The translations under genes and the position numbers were made by a program. The notes beneath the pieces are model-generated. The model saw only the letters and a program-made list of their open reading frames with translations. It ran no database searches and had not been told where the DNA came from. This document shows positions 1 to 11,967 of a stretch of DNA of 64,000 nucleotides, in pieces (the stretch's first letter is position 1; each line of letters starts with the position of its first letter). Origin of the DNA: Sphaerodactylus townsendi. Lineage: Eukaryota. Location: NCBI RefSeq assembly GCF_021028975.2, contig NC_059428.1:123256001-123320000 (forward strand), in the 5' to 3' direction.

Positions 1-565
1 TCCTTTCAGGGCTGGCCTTCACGCTGTCAACTCGTTGGCTTTCTTTAATTCTGTGTGCTCATCTGAACCACAAGCAACTGCGTTTTGCCCCGCAACAATA
101 ACAAAAAGAAGATTAGGATGCTGAGAAGCCCAATTCCCACTTCTGTGAGATGAACATTCACATATACAAAGCCATTATAGAAAACAATTTCTGTAGAATC
201 AAACAAGAATTAACTCTAGCTTTCTGCATGGGTTTCTGGATAAACTCATTCCATTGTGGAGACTGGTGGAAGGGGTTATTTCTGGGCTTAATAGTACAGA
301 AATTATGGTAGTCAGGGTTGAGTTAGAAATAGACAAATTTGGTGGTGCAAGAGAGGCAGCAACATTGTCACTGATTTTATTTTAAAAACATACAACAGCA
401 GCAGCAGCAGGGAGAACTTAATTTAGATTTTTTGGCCACAGGTGCCAGAATGTCTTGCCTGCATTTTAGCTAATTGTTTCCCACGAACTTTTGCTGGCTG
501 ATCCTGCTTCAGTTTTAATTGTTGTAAAGTAGACAGGCTTAAGATCCATAATTGTTTTTGCTGTT

Positions 566-705
566 AATTCACAGCTGACTGATGGCAACCCCATAGAGTT
601 TTCAAGACAAGAGATTCTCAGAGACGGTTTACCATTGCCTGCCTCTGTCTCTTGCCCCTGATATTCCTCAGAGGTCTCCCAACTAAATACTTGACAGGGT
701 TGAGC
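566..705 (-). mobile_element. 5S rRNA-headed SINE fragment with Sauria-like tail
   Basis: The reverse complement has a degenerate 5S segment (gtatttagttgggagacc) followed by gaggcaggcaatggtaaacc...cttgaaaactctatgggg. Confidence 0.6.
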
Positions 706-820
706 CTGGGAGTGAGTGACTGACCCAATGCCACCCAGCCAAGTTTCCATGGCAGAGGGGGGATTCAAACCTGGGTTTCCCAGATCCTAGACCAACACCT
801 TAACCACTATGCCATGCTGG
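706..820 (-). mobile_element. MIR/Ther1-type tRNA SINE 5' fragment
   Basis: gtgactgacccaa...ggattcaaacctggg...ttaaccactatgcca is the reverse complement of a tRNA head plus core. Confidence 0.6.
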
Positions 821-1665
821 ATCTCTATAACACTGGTGAATTTTAAAGAACTAATGACTTGGTGTTTTCTTCTTATGGAAGAGAATGGCTTTCCTGTTGC
901 CTGATTAATTGCACTATTGGCCTGTCATTCTCAGTGTGTGTGACCTTTTTAAGTCCCTGAATATTAGAAACCTTGAGAAAACCTCAGGGAGTTGTGGGGT
1001 TAAGCCACTAGGTCATTTATGTATGGATGTACAGAGGCATATCCAGGCCAGGGAAGCCAAGGCGTGTGCTCTAAGCGCCACCAAGGGGGGTGCCTAGCCA
1101 CTGGCCCTCTCCCCTCCAAGAGCTCTGCTCTGTCCTGAACAGATCTAGCTTTAAACTGTGGGCTCCACCTCCAAAGTCCACATGGGCTCCACCTCCAAAG
1201 TCCACATGGACTTTGAATGTGGAGCCCTGCAGTATTTTATTTATTTATTTATGCCATTGATGCCCCGCCCTACACCATAATCCCAGGGCGGCTTACATAA
1301 TGGGGTTAAAAGCTCTGTTAAAACGTACAATCCTGGTCAGGCTTGCAGTTCCTCCAGTGGCCAATGCAGGCTTCTCTGGCTAGTAGGCAGTATTGCAGCT
1401 TTGCACTTCCTTGTGTATGCATCATGATGGCTGCAGATCCAATGTCTTTGTATGTAGCATCTTGAAGCATTAAACTGTGGTCTCAGCCTCGCCAGATCCA
1501 GCTTTATACAGCTGGCTCCACCACCTCTGAAGTCAGGTGGATTTCAGAGGTGAAGCTAGTAGTATAAAGCTGGATCCAGCCAGGTCAAGACTGTAGTCCA
1601 ACACTGAACTCTACCTTGCCAGGTCTCGGTTTAAGCTGTGGCCTCTGCCTTCAAAGTCCACATGG

Positions 1666-2239
1666 CAATGGCGAAGCCACCAGGGGCCGGGAGGGGGTGC
1701 GCGATGCACCGGGCATGCCTGCAGGGGGCGCCAAAATCGAAAATAACTTTTTAAAACTTTTTTCTGTTTTTACTTTGTTGGCTGGCAGGGGGTGCAGTTT
1801 TTAGACTAGTGTTACCAAAATTTCAGGATACCCTCAGACGACACTCCTAATGATACCAGACAAGTTTGGTGAAGTTTGGTTCAGGGGGTCGAAAGTGGAC
1901 TTTAAGGTGGATTTGAAATGAGAATCTGGGCTCTCTAGTCTAAACAACATTAAAAGTGATGCTATTTCAGGGTGGACCCCCTCCCCCACAAAAAACAGCA
2001 TCACTTTCAATGTTGTTTAAACTAGGGAACTCTGGGTGTGTTCAGATTTGTGAGTTGGGGCATGTTCTATAATGTGATGGTGACTTTGAGATGACATGGT
2101 GCAAAAAATTGTTCCTTGGTTGTAGTGGGGGAGGGCGGCCTTGGGTTGTGAGGAAGCTGCCCATACTGGACTGGGCCAGGGGGAGGGGCGCAAAACTCAG
2201 ATTTTGCACCGGGCTCCATTTTCCCTAGCTACACCTCTG
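1666..2239. mobile_element. Non-autonomous hAT (Tip100-like) element
   Basis: Termini caatggcgaagc ... gctacacctctg; 8-bp TSD ccacatgg/tcacatgg (7/8). It splits a palindromic aaagtccacatggacttt unit of an older repeat. Confidence 0.75.
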
Positions 2240-2355
2240 TCACATGGACTTTGGAGGTGAAGCTCTCAGTTGAGCATTAGGCTTGGTCTAACCAAAAAGG
2301 GATTTTCAGTGCTTGCTGTGGGCATTATTTGCCATAGATCTGCCCCTGCGTACAT

Positions 2356-2520
2356 ATGTGCCATCAAGTCACGATGACTTGCAATGACCCCAGCAAAGGG
2401 TTTTCAAGGCAAGTGAAGTGGTTTGTCTTCCTCTGCAGTCTTCTTTGGTGGTCTCCCATCCAAGTGCCAACCCTGCTTAGCATCCAAGATCTGATGAGAT
2501 CAGGCTATACAGAGCTGCCA
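2356..2520 (-). mobile_element. 5S rRNA-derived SINE with Sauria-like tail
   Basis: The reverse complement reads gcctgatctcatcagatcttggatgctaagcagggttggcacttggatgggagacc (5S box A/C region), then cttgccttgaaaaccc...gtgacttgatggcaca. Confidence 0.8.
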
Positions 2521-4261
2521 GGTCATTTCGGAAATGATTTTTTGTATCCTTTGCAAACTACAATCCAGTTTTAAGAATGTGAATGATAATTTACTGAGCA
2601 GAAGCAGTTTGTGGTATTTTCCACATGGGAACAAGCGTGCTTGGTTTCCCCCTTAATGCTGCAGCTAATATAACACAAGAACTTCCCTATGGCAGGTTTC
2701 CCCATATTTTCCCTGCCCTTTATGATTGTCACCCACCCAGGGACTCTGGTGATGGGTGGGAAATAAATTTGCAGAAATAAATAAATAAATTTTAGTTCTT
2801 CAAACCTTGACATGAAACCCTGATTTTGACTGGGCACATGGTGTAGCAGCCCCCAGAGCTCTTGTTTTCCCGCCCAAAAAAACCCACTGCCTGTTTCTAC
2901 ACTTGGAAAGGCCACAGGGAGCAGCAAGAGCTTCTCAGACCACCGTGCCACACGCCAGTCCAGTTCAGGACCTCATGGCAATTTTTAAAGAGCTACAAAT
3001 GCTTTTTAAATGGTGGCAGCAGCTGCAGAATTGACCTGTGCCCACAATCACTGGTGTCTTGGCCCTAAGACTCCCCTTTGCAGACTGGAAGAGGACACAG
3101 TTTTCCCCATTCCAAAGTTAGTCATACAAAGGCCTGTGGAGAAGAAATCATCAGTGTGGAAGCCATACTGTAGAGAAGAGTTATTTCCAAATCTTCGGGT
3201 TCTCCTTCTGAGTTAGGCTTCCTGTGCAGATTAGTTCAAAGTGCCATATTGATTAGATATTGATCAAATTTGGGTTGCTATTTTATTATTTTATTTATGG
3301 GATGCTATTTTATTATTTTTATTTATTTTACTATTATTATTTTATTCACCTTCCTTGGTCAGTCGCCAGGTAGTGAAGGACTAGAGTTCCAAGGAATATT
3401 GTGTTGTTGTGATTTTAATGTAGATGAATTCTTGATTGTTTTAATAAACTGAGGGGAAGGTGCCCTGAGCTGACCCCAGCTGGGGGGAGTGGGATAAAAG
3501 TCCTATAATAAATAAGTAAAATAAATACTTTTCCATATGCTAATGATCAGAAAAACTAGCATGTGTACATAGGCACATACCTTGGCACATGATTGCTCTA
3601 CACTGTAGGTCTGACAGAACGCCCAGCTGGAATGACTCCCACATTGTTCTTCCCCCCGCAGTGATGTCGGAAGTAGCATTACCATTATTCTTGGTCTCTG
3701 GGTTGTTAGGAAAAAAAGATTTGCAATGGTGACCATTGGCTTTCTAAATAGCAGTGTGTGTGTGTTTATGTCTGCCTGTGTGGCACATGGGAATACTGAT
3801 GATTTCATTATGTTCAAAGCATAAGGTTTCCCCAAAGTCCAAGTTCTTAATAATTTGCTTTCTAGAATTGCAGCCCACAAACATTCCTGGAGCAAGCTTT
3901 TTTAAAAACTGGGTTGTACAGCTGTACAAGGGCTGTGTAAAATGTATGTTGTACATATTTAAGGTCATTTCAGACATCTCTGAAGTTGGACAAATTTAAG
4001 CCACACTTAATTGTCTCTAGAGTTCATCAGGGGAATTTATAAGCATCACTGATAATACATGGTCTATGATGAACATGTAGCAATTTCTTAGTGACTTATG
4101 GAATAGATAGCATGACATTTTCCTATAAGTAAGCCCCACTAAGTAGACGCAGTAGGATTCCGAACAGATCTGTTTTCAGTGTCACTGTTAGTTGCTCTGA
4201 AGTAATGTCAAGTGATTGACAAATCCCAATTGACTATTCTATTGATGATCAACTCTTTGTC

Positions 4262-4640
4262 ATAGTTGATTTTCTTGTTCCAAATGTTACCAATCAACAT
4301 AGATGGTGTGACTTTAAAGCATTGGCAGAGAATATCAATGGCATTTATTCAGAATGGGAAGAAACCAAGAATCAGATTCAAGATATTACGATGATAAAAA
4401 GAGAGAAGGTCTTGCCATACCAAATGTAAAGTTATATAGTCAAGCAGCAGGATTAGTTTGGATATTGCACCGGATTACAGATCCAAAGTGGAGAAATGTA
4501 AAATTAAAAGCAATGGATGTGAAATAAGAAAAGCAAAACTACTTATGGACTGAAAAAAATCATAAAGGATGATACTGAACAGGATGGGAAGCTTATTATA
4601 TTATTTTAAAAACATGGTTCCGTTGTAGATTAAGAATAAA
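4262..4640 (+). mobile_element. L1-clade LINE ORF2 relic
   Basis: Translates IFLFQMLPI..WQRISMAFIQNGKKPRIRFKILR*, then frameshifted EGLAIPNVKLYSQAAGLVWI, matching L1 post-RT motifs. Confidence 0.75.
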
Positions 4641-4712
4641 TCTGCCAATGTCATTGTTGACATCTCCAATTGATTCTTATTGCGATGGGTGCACAAGGAG
4701 AAAAACTATATA

Positions 4713-5372
4713 CCATATATACTCGTGTATAAGTCGAGTTTTTCAGCACATTTTTTGTGCTGAAAAAGCCCCCCTTGACTTATACACGAGTCAGCTGTAT
4801 TTTAAAAAATATTTTAGGGTTTTTACTTTGTCAGCCACCAGGGGCTGCAGTTTTTAGGCTAGCGGCACCAAAATTTCAGGATATCATCAGGTTACACTCC
4901 TGATGATACCAGCCAGGTTTGGTGATGTTTGGTTCAGGGGGTCCAAAGTTATGGATCCCCAAAGTGGGTGCTCCCATCCCCCATTGTTTCCAATGGAAAC
5001 TAATAGTAGATGGGGGCTACATTTTGAGGAGCATTGCTCCTTTAAGAAAATCATAGAGACACCATGCCCGAGCGGCAGCTTCCCTAAAGCCAAGCCTCAG
5101 AGCCTGNNNNNNNNNNNNNNNNNNNNNNNNNNNNNNNNNNNNNNNNNNNNNNNNNNNNNNNNNNNNNNNNNNNNNNNNNNNNNNNNNNNNNNNNNNNNNN
5201 NNNNNNNNNNNNNNNNNNNNNNNNNNNNNNNNNNNNNNNNNNNNNNNNNNNNNNNNNNNNNNNNNNNNGTAACGGCACGGTGGCAGCAGGTGGCTTGCGT
5301 ATAAGTCGAGGAGGGCTTTTTCAGCACAAAAACATGTGCTGAAAAAGTTGACTTATACACGAGTATATACGG
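4713..5372. mobile_element. Non-autonomous Tc1/mariner (pogo/Tc2-like) element, spans an N gap
   Basis: TA|ccatatatactcgtgtataagtc ... gacttatacacgagtatatacgg|TA; terminal inverted repeats plus TA duplication. Confidence 0.85.
5107..5268. other. Assembly gap (others at 7379-7524, 7553-7718, 51857-52046)
   Basis: Runs of N. Confidence 1.
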
Positions 5373-6428
5373 TATTTTGGATCAGCTCAGAGACATCCAA
5401 AATTATACAACATGCACCCATAAATTCTGGGAGTTAGAAAAATTTCATTTCCTAGAACTCGGGCAGAGTTTCGGGGAGGCATAGGAGTAGAGAAGAAAAT
5501 AGAGGAATCTGGCTCAGCTAACAGTTGGTGATAAGGTGCACATGCTCTCCACCTGAACCAGCCCTTGATTTACCATGCCAGCATTGCCCTCAATGAAGGT
5601 TTCTCCCTTCTGCAGGCATCAAAGATAGCAGAGCCCACCCCTGCAGCCAGAAAATGATAGATGAGCTGGCAGACTCCTGGACTTCCCTGAGTCTTGGCTG
5701 TCACAGTTGCTGTTTCATCCTCGTGAAGGCCTTTAAAAAAAACTCTCAGCAATTGAATATTGTTATTACAATGCTGTCACATAAAGGAAGTCCCCAGAAT
5801 TGTCTGGGTGTTTAAATGTATTTTCATTTCAGGTAATTGTTTCAATGTATGCAGATTTTCTGGTGAGGTGGCTATATGTAGAAATGTACACTCTTTCGCA
5901 ATAGGAAGTTTTCTGAAGAAAACTATTTGCATGTACCTGTATCTAGAGCAGCATGGACCCAGAGCTTCTGAGAAAACAGCCAGCTTCAATTTTTTTGCCA
6001 TTAAAATATACTGAGGACTCTTTGGCAGAAAAACTTTGCAATCTAAAGTTGTATAGAGTGGGAAGCTGATAATGAAATCATTCTTCTTCAAAATACACTA
6101 AATCCCCAACAGTGGGTTGTATTCCAGAGGTCTGTTTATAAACACTATTTGGAAACTGAAACACATTTTTCCTTAGAGATACATATGATTAGGGTCCCAG
6201 GTTGGCCCATGGAAACCTGTTTATCCCATAATGTGAATGAAATTCTGAGAAGCAGAGGGAAACAGGACTGTTGGAATCCTGTGCAACAATTAAACAAGAT
6301 AGACTATATAATAACTGTAGAGTAAGAGTTTTGCTTTCCTTGTAATGTTCTTTGAATGCCAGTACGGTCTTTCTTGCAGGAGGCAGGTTCAGTTTGGGAA
6401 GGCGATGGAGGTGTGGCACTGTCTATGC

Positions 6429-6574
6429 CCGTGGTGGCGAACCTTTGGCATGCCAGATGTTATGGACTACAATTCCCATCAGCCCCTGCCAGCATGCCCA
6501 ATTGGCCACACTGGCAGGGGCTGATGGGAATTGTAGTCCATAACATCTGGAGTGCCAAAGGTTCGCCACCACTG
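6429..6574. mobile_element. Palindromic hAT MITE
   Basis: Near-perfect 146-bp foldback (ccgtggtggcgaacctttggc ... gccaaaggttcgccaccactg); perfect 8-bp TSD gtctatgc. Confidence 0.92.
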
Positions 6575-7718
6575 GTCTATGCTGTGAGGGAACAGCGGTG
6601 AGGCTTTAACTCATGTTCTGAAGCTAAAATCCAAAAAGGGTTTAGATTCTTTCAGGAGCATCTGACAAAAAGGCACTGACAAAAAGGAGGGATTTTGAGA
6701 GAAATCAAAGGCGTTCTTGCCCCCTCTTGACCAACATTCACAACCCCTTCATGTTGTCCCTCCCCCACTGCCAATTTTGAAGTATGTGAGTCGCTTCCTG
6801 TTGTTCTACATTAAAAAAATTGCATTGTAATAAAATCAAACATGATTGTTACTGTGAAAGTTGCATATAGCTGCTTATCATCTAGTTTTCTAACATCATT
6901 ACATTCTAGTTTAAAAACATTAAATGTTTAACAATTAATATTAAGTTTATTTCTTACCTATGTAGCTCTTAATGTCTTCAGTTGTCCAGATAATCTATAT
7001 GTATAAAAAGCTAACCGTGTATGTGTTGATGACAGGGTACCTCAGTAACTGCTGGGCCAATTCCTCTGAAAATTCCCAGCCACTATAGTCAGTCAAGAAG
7101 CTGAGGAGTGTTTTTTAGATGTTCCACATACCTGGGGGGAATTTCTACATGCACCTGGACCAGGTAAAACACCTTTTTTCCTGGCGCTCCCTGGTGAAGG
7201 ACATGCATCTGCCTGTGTATAACTGTCACTTTTAGAATGTTAGGTGCTGCTGTAGAGATGTTCACTCAGGCAGGCCAGATATGAGGCAGTGGAAAGCAGT
7301 ACATAAGAGCAACTGATCACTTTCGGAGGAGTGGAAGTGAAACAACATACACACATACATGCCTGAGGGAGAGGAAGGNNNNNNNNNNNNNNNNNNNNNN
7401 NNNNNNNNNNNNNNNNNNNNNNNNNNNNNNNNNNNNNNNNNNNNNNNNNNNNNNNNNNNNNNNNNNNNNNNNNNNNNNNNNNNNNNNNNNNNNNNNNNNN
7501 NNNNNNNNNNNNNNNNNNNNNNNNAAGAGAGAGAAAAGAAAGGAGAAGAAGANNNNNNNNNNNNNNNNNNNNNNNNNNNNNNNNNNNNNNNNNNNNNNNN
7601 NNNNNNNNNNNNNNNNNNNNNNNNNNNNNNNNNNNNNNNNNNNNNNNNNNNNNNNNNNNNNNNNNNNNNNNNNNNNNNNNNNNNNNNNNNNNNNNNNNNN
7701 NNNNNNNNNNNNNNNNNN

Positions 7719-8060
7719 GGAGAGTTTTGGATTTATATCCCCCCTTTCTCTCCAGCAAGGAGGAACTCAAAGGGGCTTACAATCTCCTTGCCCCTTCCCC
7801 CACCTCTGATCACAACAAACACCTAGTAGTGAGAGGTAGGGTGGGAGCTGAGAGGAGGCTCAAAGAGAGAGCTAAGAGAGACTTAGCCCAAGGTCCACCC
7901 AACTGGCATGTGTGGGGAGGAGTGCTTACAAGAGCTGAATCTGAATTCCCCAGATAAGCCTCCCATCCCCACAGCTCAAGCGTGACAGAGCAGAGGGAGA
8001 ATCAAGCCCGGTTCCTCCCAGATTAGATACACGAGCTCTTAACCTCCACTGCACCACTGT
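7719..8060 (-). mobile_element. Squam3-like tRNA SINE nested in the Helitron (noisy sequence)
   Basis: gagttttggatttatatcccc...ctcttaacctccactgcacca, homologous to the other copies but with many 1-2 bp insertions. Confidence 0.75.
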
Positions 8061-8080
8061 AGGAGGGAGAGGAGTGGCAT

Positions 8081-8502
8081 CAGAGATGGGATCCAGCAGG
8101 TTCTCACAGAGTTCCAGGGAAGTAGGATTACTAATTATTTGTGTGTGTGCGAGAAGGGGTTACTAATTGGTGATTTTGCCACGTGATTTTTTGCCTTAGA
8201 CGTTATGCCCCTCCTCTCAGAAGTGGCTGGCGCCCAGGGCGGGGCAAGCAGTCCTAGCAGGAGGTGCACCAGCGTGCGTGGCAGCCTGCGCCTGCATGCA
8301 TTCCGATTTCCACCCAAGGACGAGCGCACTTGGCCAGCGGCTGTGTCCACTTGCCACAGCCCTGCCCAGGAATGCCCGCCCCTGGAATATCCGGCCCGCC
8401 CGCGTCGTGCCCTTTTGCCCAGCAAATTGTTTGAGCTATGCCACAGTTTGAATCCCATCACCATGGGAATCTGTTACCTAAAATTTTGGATCCCACACCA
8501 CT
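8081..8502. mobile_element. hAT element nested in the Helitron minisatellite
   Basis: Termini cagagatgggatcc ... ggatcccacaccact; probable TSD agtggcat/ggtggcat. Related to 52967-53160. Confidence 0.7.
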
Positions 8503-8504
8503 TT

Positions 8505-9170
8505 CGGGTGGCATGCAAAGAGGAAAGAGAGGGAGGAGGGAGAGGAGAAAAGGGATAGTGGGGGGAGGCATGCAAGGGAAGAGAAGTGAGAGTGGGGAGA
8601 CAGTGAGGGGTGGCATGCAAGGGAGGGGCAGGGGGGGCCCAGCATCTTAAATGGGACCCACCACTAAGCCAGGAGGAGGGAAAGGGAAGGGGAGGAGGGA
8701 GGGAGGTGAGAGAAAGAGTAGGAGAGCCAGAGAGGCATTACTAAAGGAGGGAGCAGAGGCCCAGCATGTGATAGGACCCACCCACCCTAAAGCGGAGAGG
8801 AGAGGAGAGAGGAGGGAGGGGTGGCATGCACAAGGGAAAAGAAGTGGGGAGAAGAGTGGGGGGAGGCATGCAAAGGGAGGGAGGCAGGGGCCCAGCATCT
8901 TGATGAGTCACCTAAGCGGAGAGGGAAGAGGAGGGAGGGAGGGTGGCAGTACAAAGGGAAGAAGTGAGGAGGGGGGAAGAGAGAGAGTGGGGAGGCATGC
9001 AAAGGGAGGGAGCAGGGGCCCAGCACATCTTGATATGATCACCCACCTAAGCGGAGGAAAGAGGAGGGAGGGAGGGTGGCATGCAAAGGGAAAGAGAAGT
9101 GAGGGAGGAGAAGAGAGTGAGGGGCGACTTGCAAGGGGCGGGAGGGAGGGGCCAGGCACCCTAGATTCCC
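8505..9170. repeat. Purine-rich minisatellite (~120-bp degenerate unit, about 5 copies)
   Basis: Recurrent ggcatgcaaagggagggag..gggcccagcatcttga..cacccacctaagcggag..gagggtggcatgcaaagggaaagagaagtgag. Confidence 0.85.
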
Positions 9171-10400
9171 TGAATACTGCAGTTACAGTTAAGAAAACCA
9201 GGCACGCATTACTCCAGGAATTAAAAGCTCCAAGTACAGCCACCGCATGAGCATGCACTTTGAATGGCTGCATTAAGCCACCCCGTCCAGAGGAGTTTTC
9301 CTCAGGAAGAACAACTAACACCCATTGCCACCAACCAAACTTACTCCCAGGAGTAAAGGATCGCGATGACCAGCCAGCCTAGATGTCATGTGTGTGTGTG
9401 GGAGGGTTGCCCCTTTCCATCTAAAGAATGTGGAGGCACACACATCACTGACATACACTTCAGTATCAGGCTGCATGTTTGCATGAGCATGAACTGCTGG
9501 CCTCTGCAATTGATTTGCTGCTACTGTTCCTTTCCCATTTCACCACAATAAGCCACAGCAACGCGTGGCCGGGCCACGCTAGTAGTATATACAATTATTC
9601 AGCTTACTGCTTACTGATATATAAAAAAAAATTAAAAAGTCAATTTCTCTCGTACTCTAGAGGTTCTGCTGTGTCTCAAAGATGTTAGTTTCGCCATTGT
9701 TGAATATTCGGTGAGCTTAGTCATCCATTCCAGGAGATTTGGGTGGTGCACAGCTTTCCACTTTGTTGCAAACACAATTCCTACTGCTCTTACCGTACAT
9801 TTAAATAATTCATTGTATGCTTTTGGGATATTATTCGTCACAGTACTTAATAATATACATTTAGAATTTAATGTAAAGTTTATTTTCAATATCTTTGGCA
9901 TCCACCACTGGTCTCTGCTACATTTGTAAATATGGGCTGTTTTTAACTCATCCATTTGCAAAAGGGGAAGAGGGGTCCCAGGCCAAGGCTGGCAACTGGC
10001 GGTGGTGCAGGGCAGAAACGTGGGATCAGAAACATCTGAGATCAGTCACATTATTGCATCACTTCCAAGGAAAACCTGGGAAATCTATGGCAAAACCTGG
10101 AAGTGATGTCACTGACGTAGCTTTTTAAAAAAAAAATGCATGCAGAGAGTGCTGCCAGTGGAAGCCCTAGAGACAGGCTTACTATATCACATTTTATTTT
10201 TCCCTAAAAGATGTGTTCATGTTTGGTCCCTGAGATTAAACTTACCAGCTAAAAACAAAAACAAACCTGGTGGCACAAGTGATTCTATGTCACAAAGTGG
10301 TTTGTTCTGCTTTCGAGTTAATGCCTTGTGGATATTAAGATGTCATCACCTCCCTATAAAAGGGTTTATCTCCAGATCATTCAGTGGTTTTGATGCCATG

Positions 10401-10710
10401 AGAGCCAGCATGGTGTAGTGGTTAAAAGCAGTAGGTTCTAATCTGAAGAACCAGGTTTGATTCCCCACTCTTACACATGAACGGCGGACTCTTAGCTGGT
10501 GAACTGGATTTGTTTCCTACTCCTCCACCTGAAACCTTCTGGGTGACCTTGGGCTAGTCACCATTTGTTCAGAACTCTCTCAGCCCCACCAACCTCACAA
10601 GGTGCCTGTTGAAGGAAGAGGAAAGGAAGGAGTTTTGCAAGCCACTTTGTAAAACTCTTTTCAGGAGAGAAAAGCAGGGTATAAATCCAAACTCCTCCTC
10701 CTCTTCTTCT
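10401..10710 (+). mobile_element. Full-length Squam3-like (Ther1/MIR-derived) tRNA SINE
   Basis: tRNA head (tggtgtagtggttaa, ggtttgattccc), MIR core (gggtgaccttgggctagtcac) and (CCT/CTT)n tail. Confidence 0.85.
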
Positions 10711-11475
10711 TGCATCATCTGAGGTGTGTGTTTAACTTCCATCATTTGCTTCTCCTTTCCCTATAGTCTCTTCTTTAGAAACTCACCAGTTTCTTAACTT
10801 AGTCGATAAATTTATCAGGACAGGGGCCTTCTTTTTTTCTCAAGGTCAGCGAGTAAACTAAATAAATAATTAACGTTTGCTGCTGCAGCCCCGTTGGCTC
10901 ACCCATACAAACAATCTGGGCAGTTATTCTGGTTACTAGTGGGGTTAAAGATGACTCAAGAGAAGATGGAGACCGGTAAGAGGCGGCAATTCTAGCTCTC
11001 TGGTAATTAGAAAATGTTGTCTGTCTCGGCTTCTGTTATTTGCTCTGATGTGGTTAGGGGTGCCCCATCTGGAATCCCTGTCTCCACCACGGAGAACCAG
11101 AAAGAAAACTAGCTTCAAAGGTAGGATGTATGTCTTCCTACTTGGAGAATAACAGATGAGGGGATATTTTTCCTTTGGTTTCCCAATTTATTACACATCA
11201 TTTTATAAGATTGCCTGCAGTCATGATGAGCCAGGCTCAGAAGAAGGAAAAGAATGCATAGTTGAAACTCCTGGGCTTTGCCCAGCCATACTGAACGATG
11301 ATGCCAATCTCTTTTTAGAACTGAGTTCCCACATGCTTGCTTAATGTGTATGTTCTAGGGAGATCTTGCTTGCATATTTTGCTATTATAGTGAGATGCAA
11401 AACCCCAAATCACTTTCCCAAACAGATTTGATGACTCAGTGTATCCATGTAGGTCCCATACTTCATGTTTACCCA

Positions 11476-11552
11476 CAGTGCAATTCTGAGCAGAGTTACA
11501 CCCTTCTAAGCCCATTGAAATCAAGGATGTAATCCTGCTCCAAGTTGCACAG
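11476..11552. mobile_element. Short palindromic MITE (family also at ~12712-12790, 24134-24220, 33813-33893, 43745-43848, 51120-51205)
   Basis: Shared consensus cagtgcaatcctaagcagagttacacccttctaagcccattga-tcaatgggcttagaagggtgtaactctgcttaggattgcactg. Confidence 0.7.
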
Positions 11553-11967
11553 TTGGTCAAAGAGCTCTCATGATACTGAGTGACTCAAGACATCGTCTTT
11601 AGAGATGGTGCTGAGAACCAGGAGTTCTTAGCCCTAGGCTTTAATCATAGTTTTGACACATGGTATATATGCAAACAGTAGTACAGTTTCTGTTTGCAAT
11701 CACACGGAGGCATGTACAATCCAACTGTTTGCAGTTCACCATGGTGCAAGCATAGGTACTTCAGTCACATGGCTTTCTGTTGAGGAACTGAGGGTGAAAC
11801 TTCCAGAACTGTGTGAGAAGCTTCTTCTCACAAATAGCTTGCCTTGTGGGGCTGCCTGCCATGTTCAAGTGATCACCATACCACACACAGTTTGTGTGTG
11901 TGAGTCGGGACTTCTTCCATTTTGATTCTTACAGTCTAAATTTTCTTTGTTTACATAACTATCTCTG

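Larger units (their letters stand above)
6994..9582 (+). mobile_element. Non-autonomous Helitron with both termini
   Basis: 5' end A|TCTATATGTATAAAA. 3' end has a GCCAC..GTGGC hairpin (9552-9569) followed by CTAG|T (9579-9583). No TSD. Interior contains gaps. Confidence 0.75.

Noticed and set aside
6429-6574. Pre-miRNA hairpin
   Set aside because: TIRs and an 8-bp TSD identify it as a MITE; there is no expression evidence.
7719-8060. Novel SINE subfamily with many small insertions
   Set aside because: The pattern next to N gaps looks like unpolished sequencing error.
8505-9170. CRISPR-like array
   Set aside because: Eukaryotic context, degenerate head-to-tail units, no unique spacers and no cas genes.
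8651-9250. 199-aa Gly/Arg/Glu-rich ORF and its antisense Pro/Leu-rich ORFs
   Set aside because: Translation artefacts of the purine-rich minisatellite.
10401-10470. tRNA gene
   Set aside because: A/B-box-like motifs belong to a SINE head; there is no complete cloverleaf.
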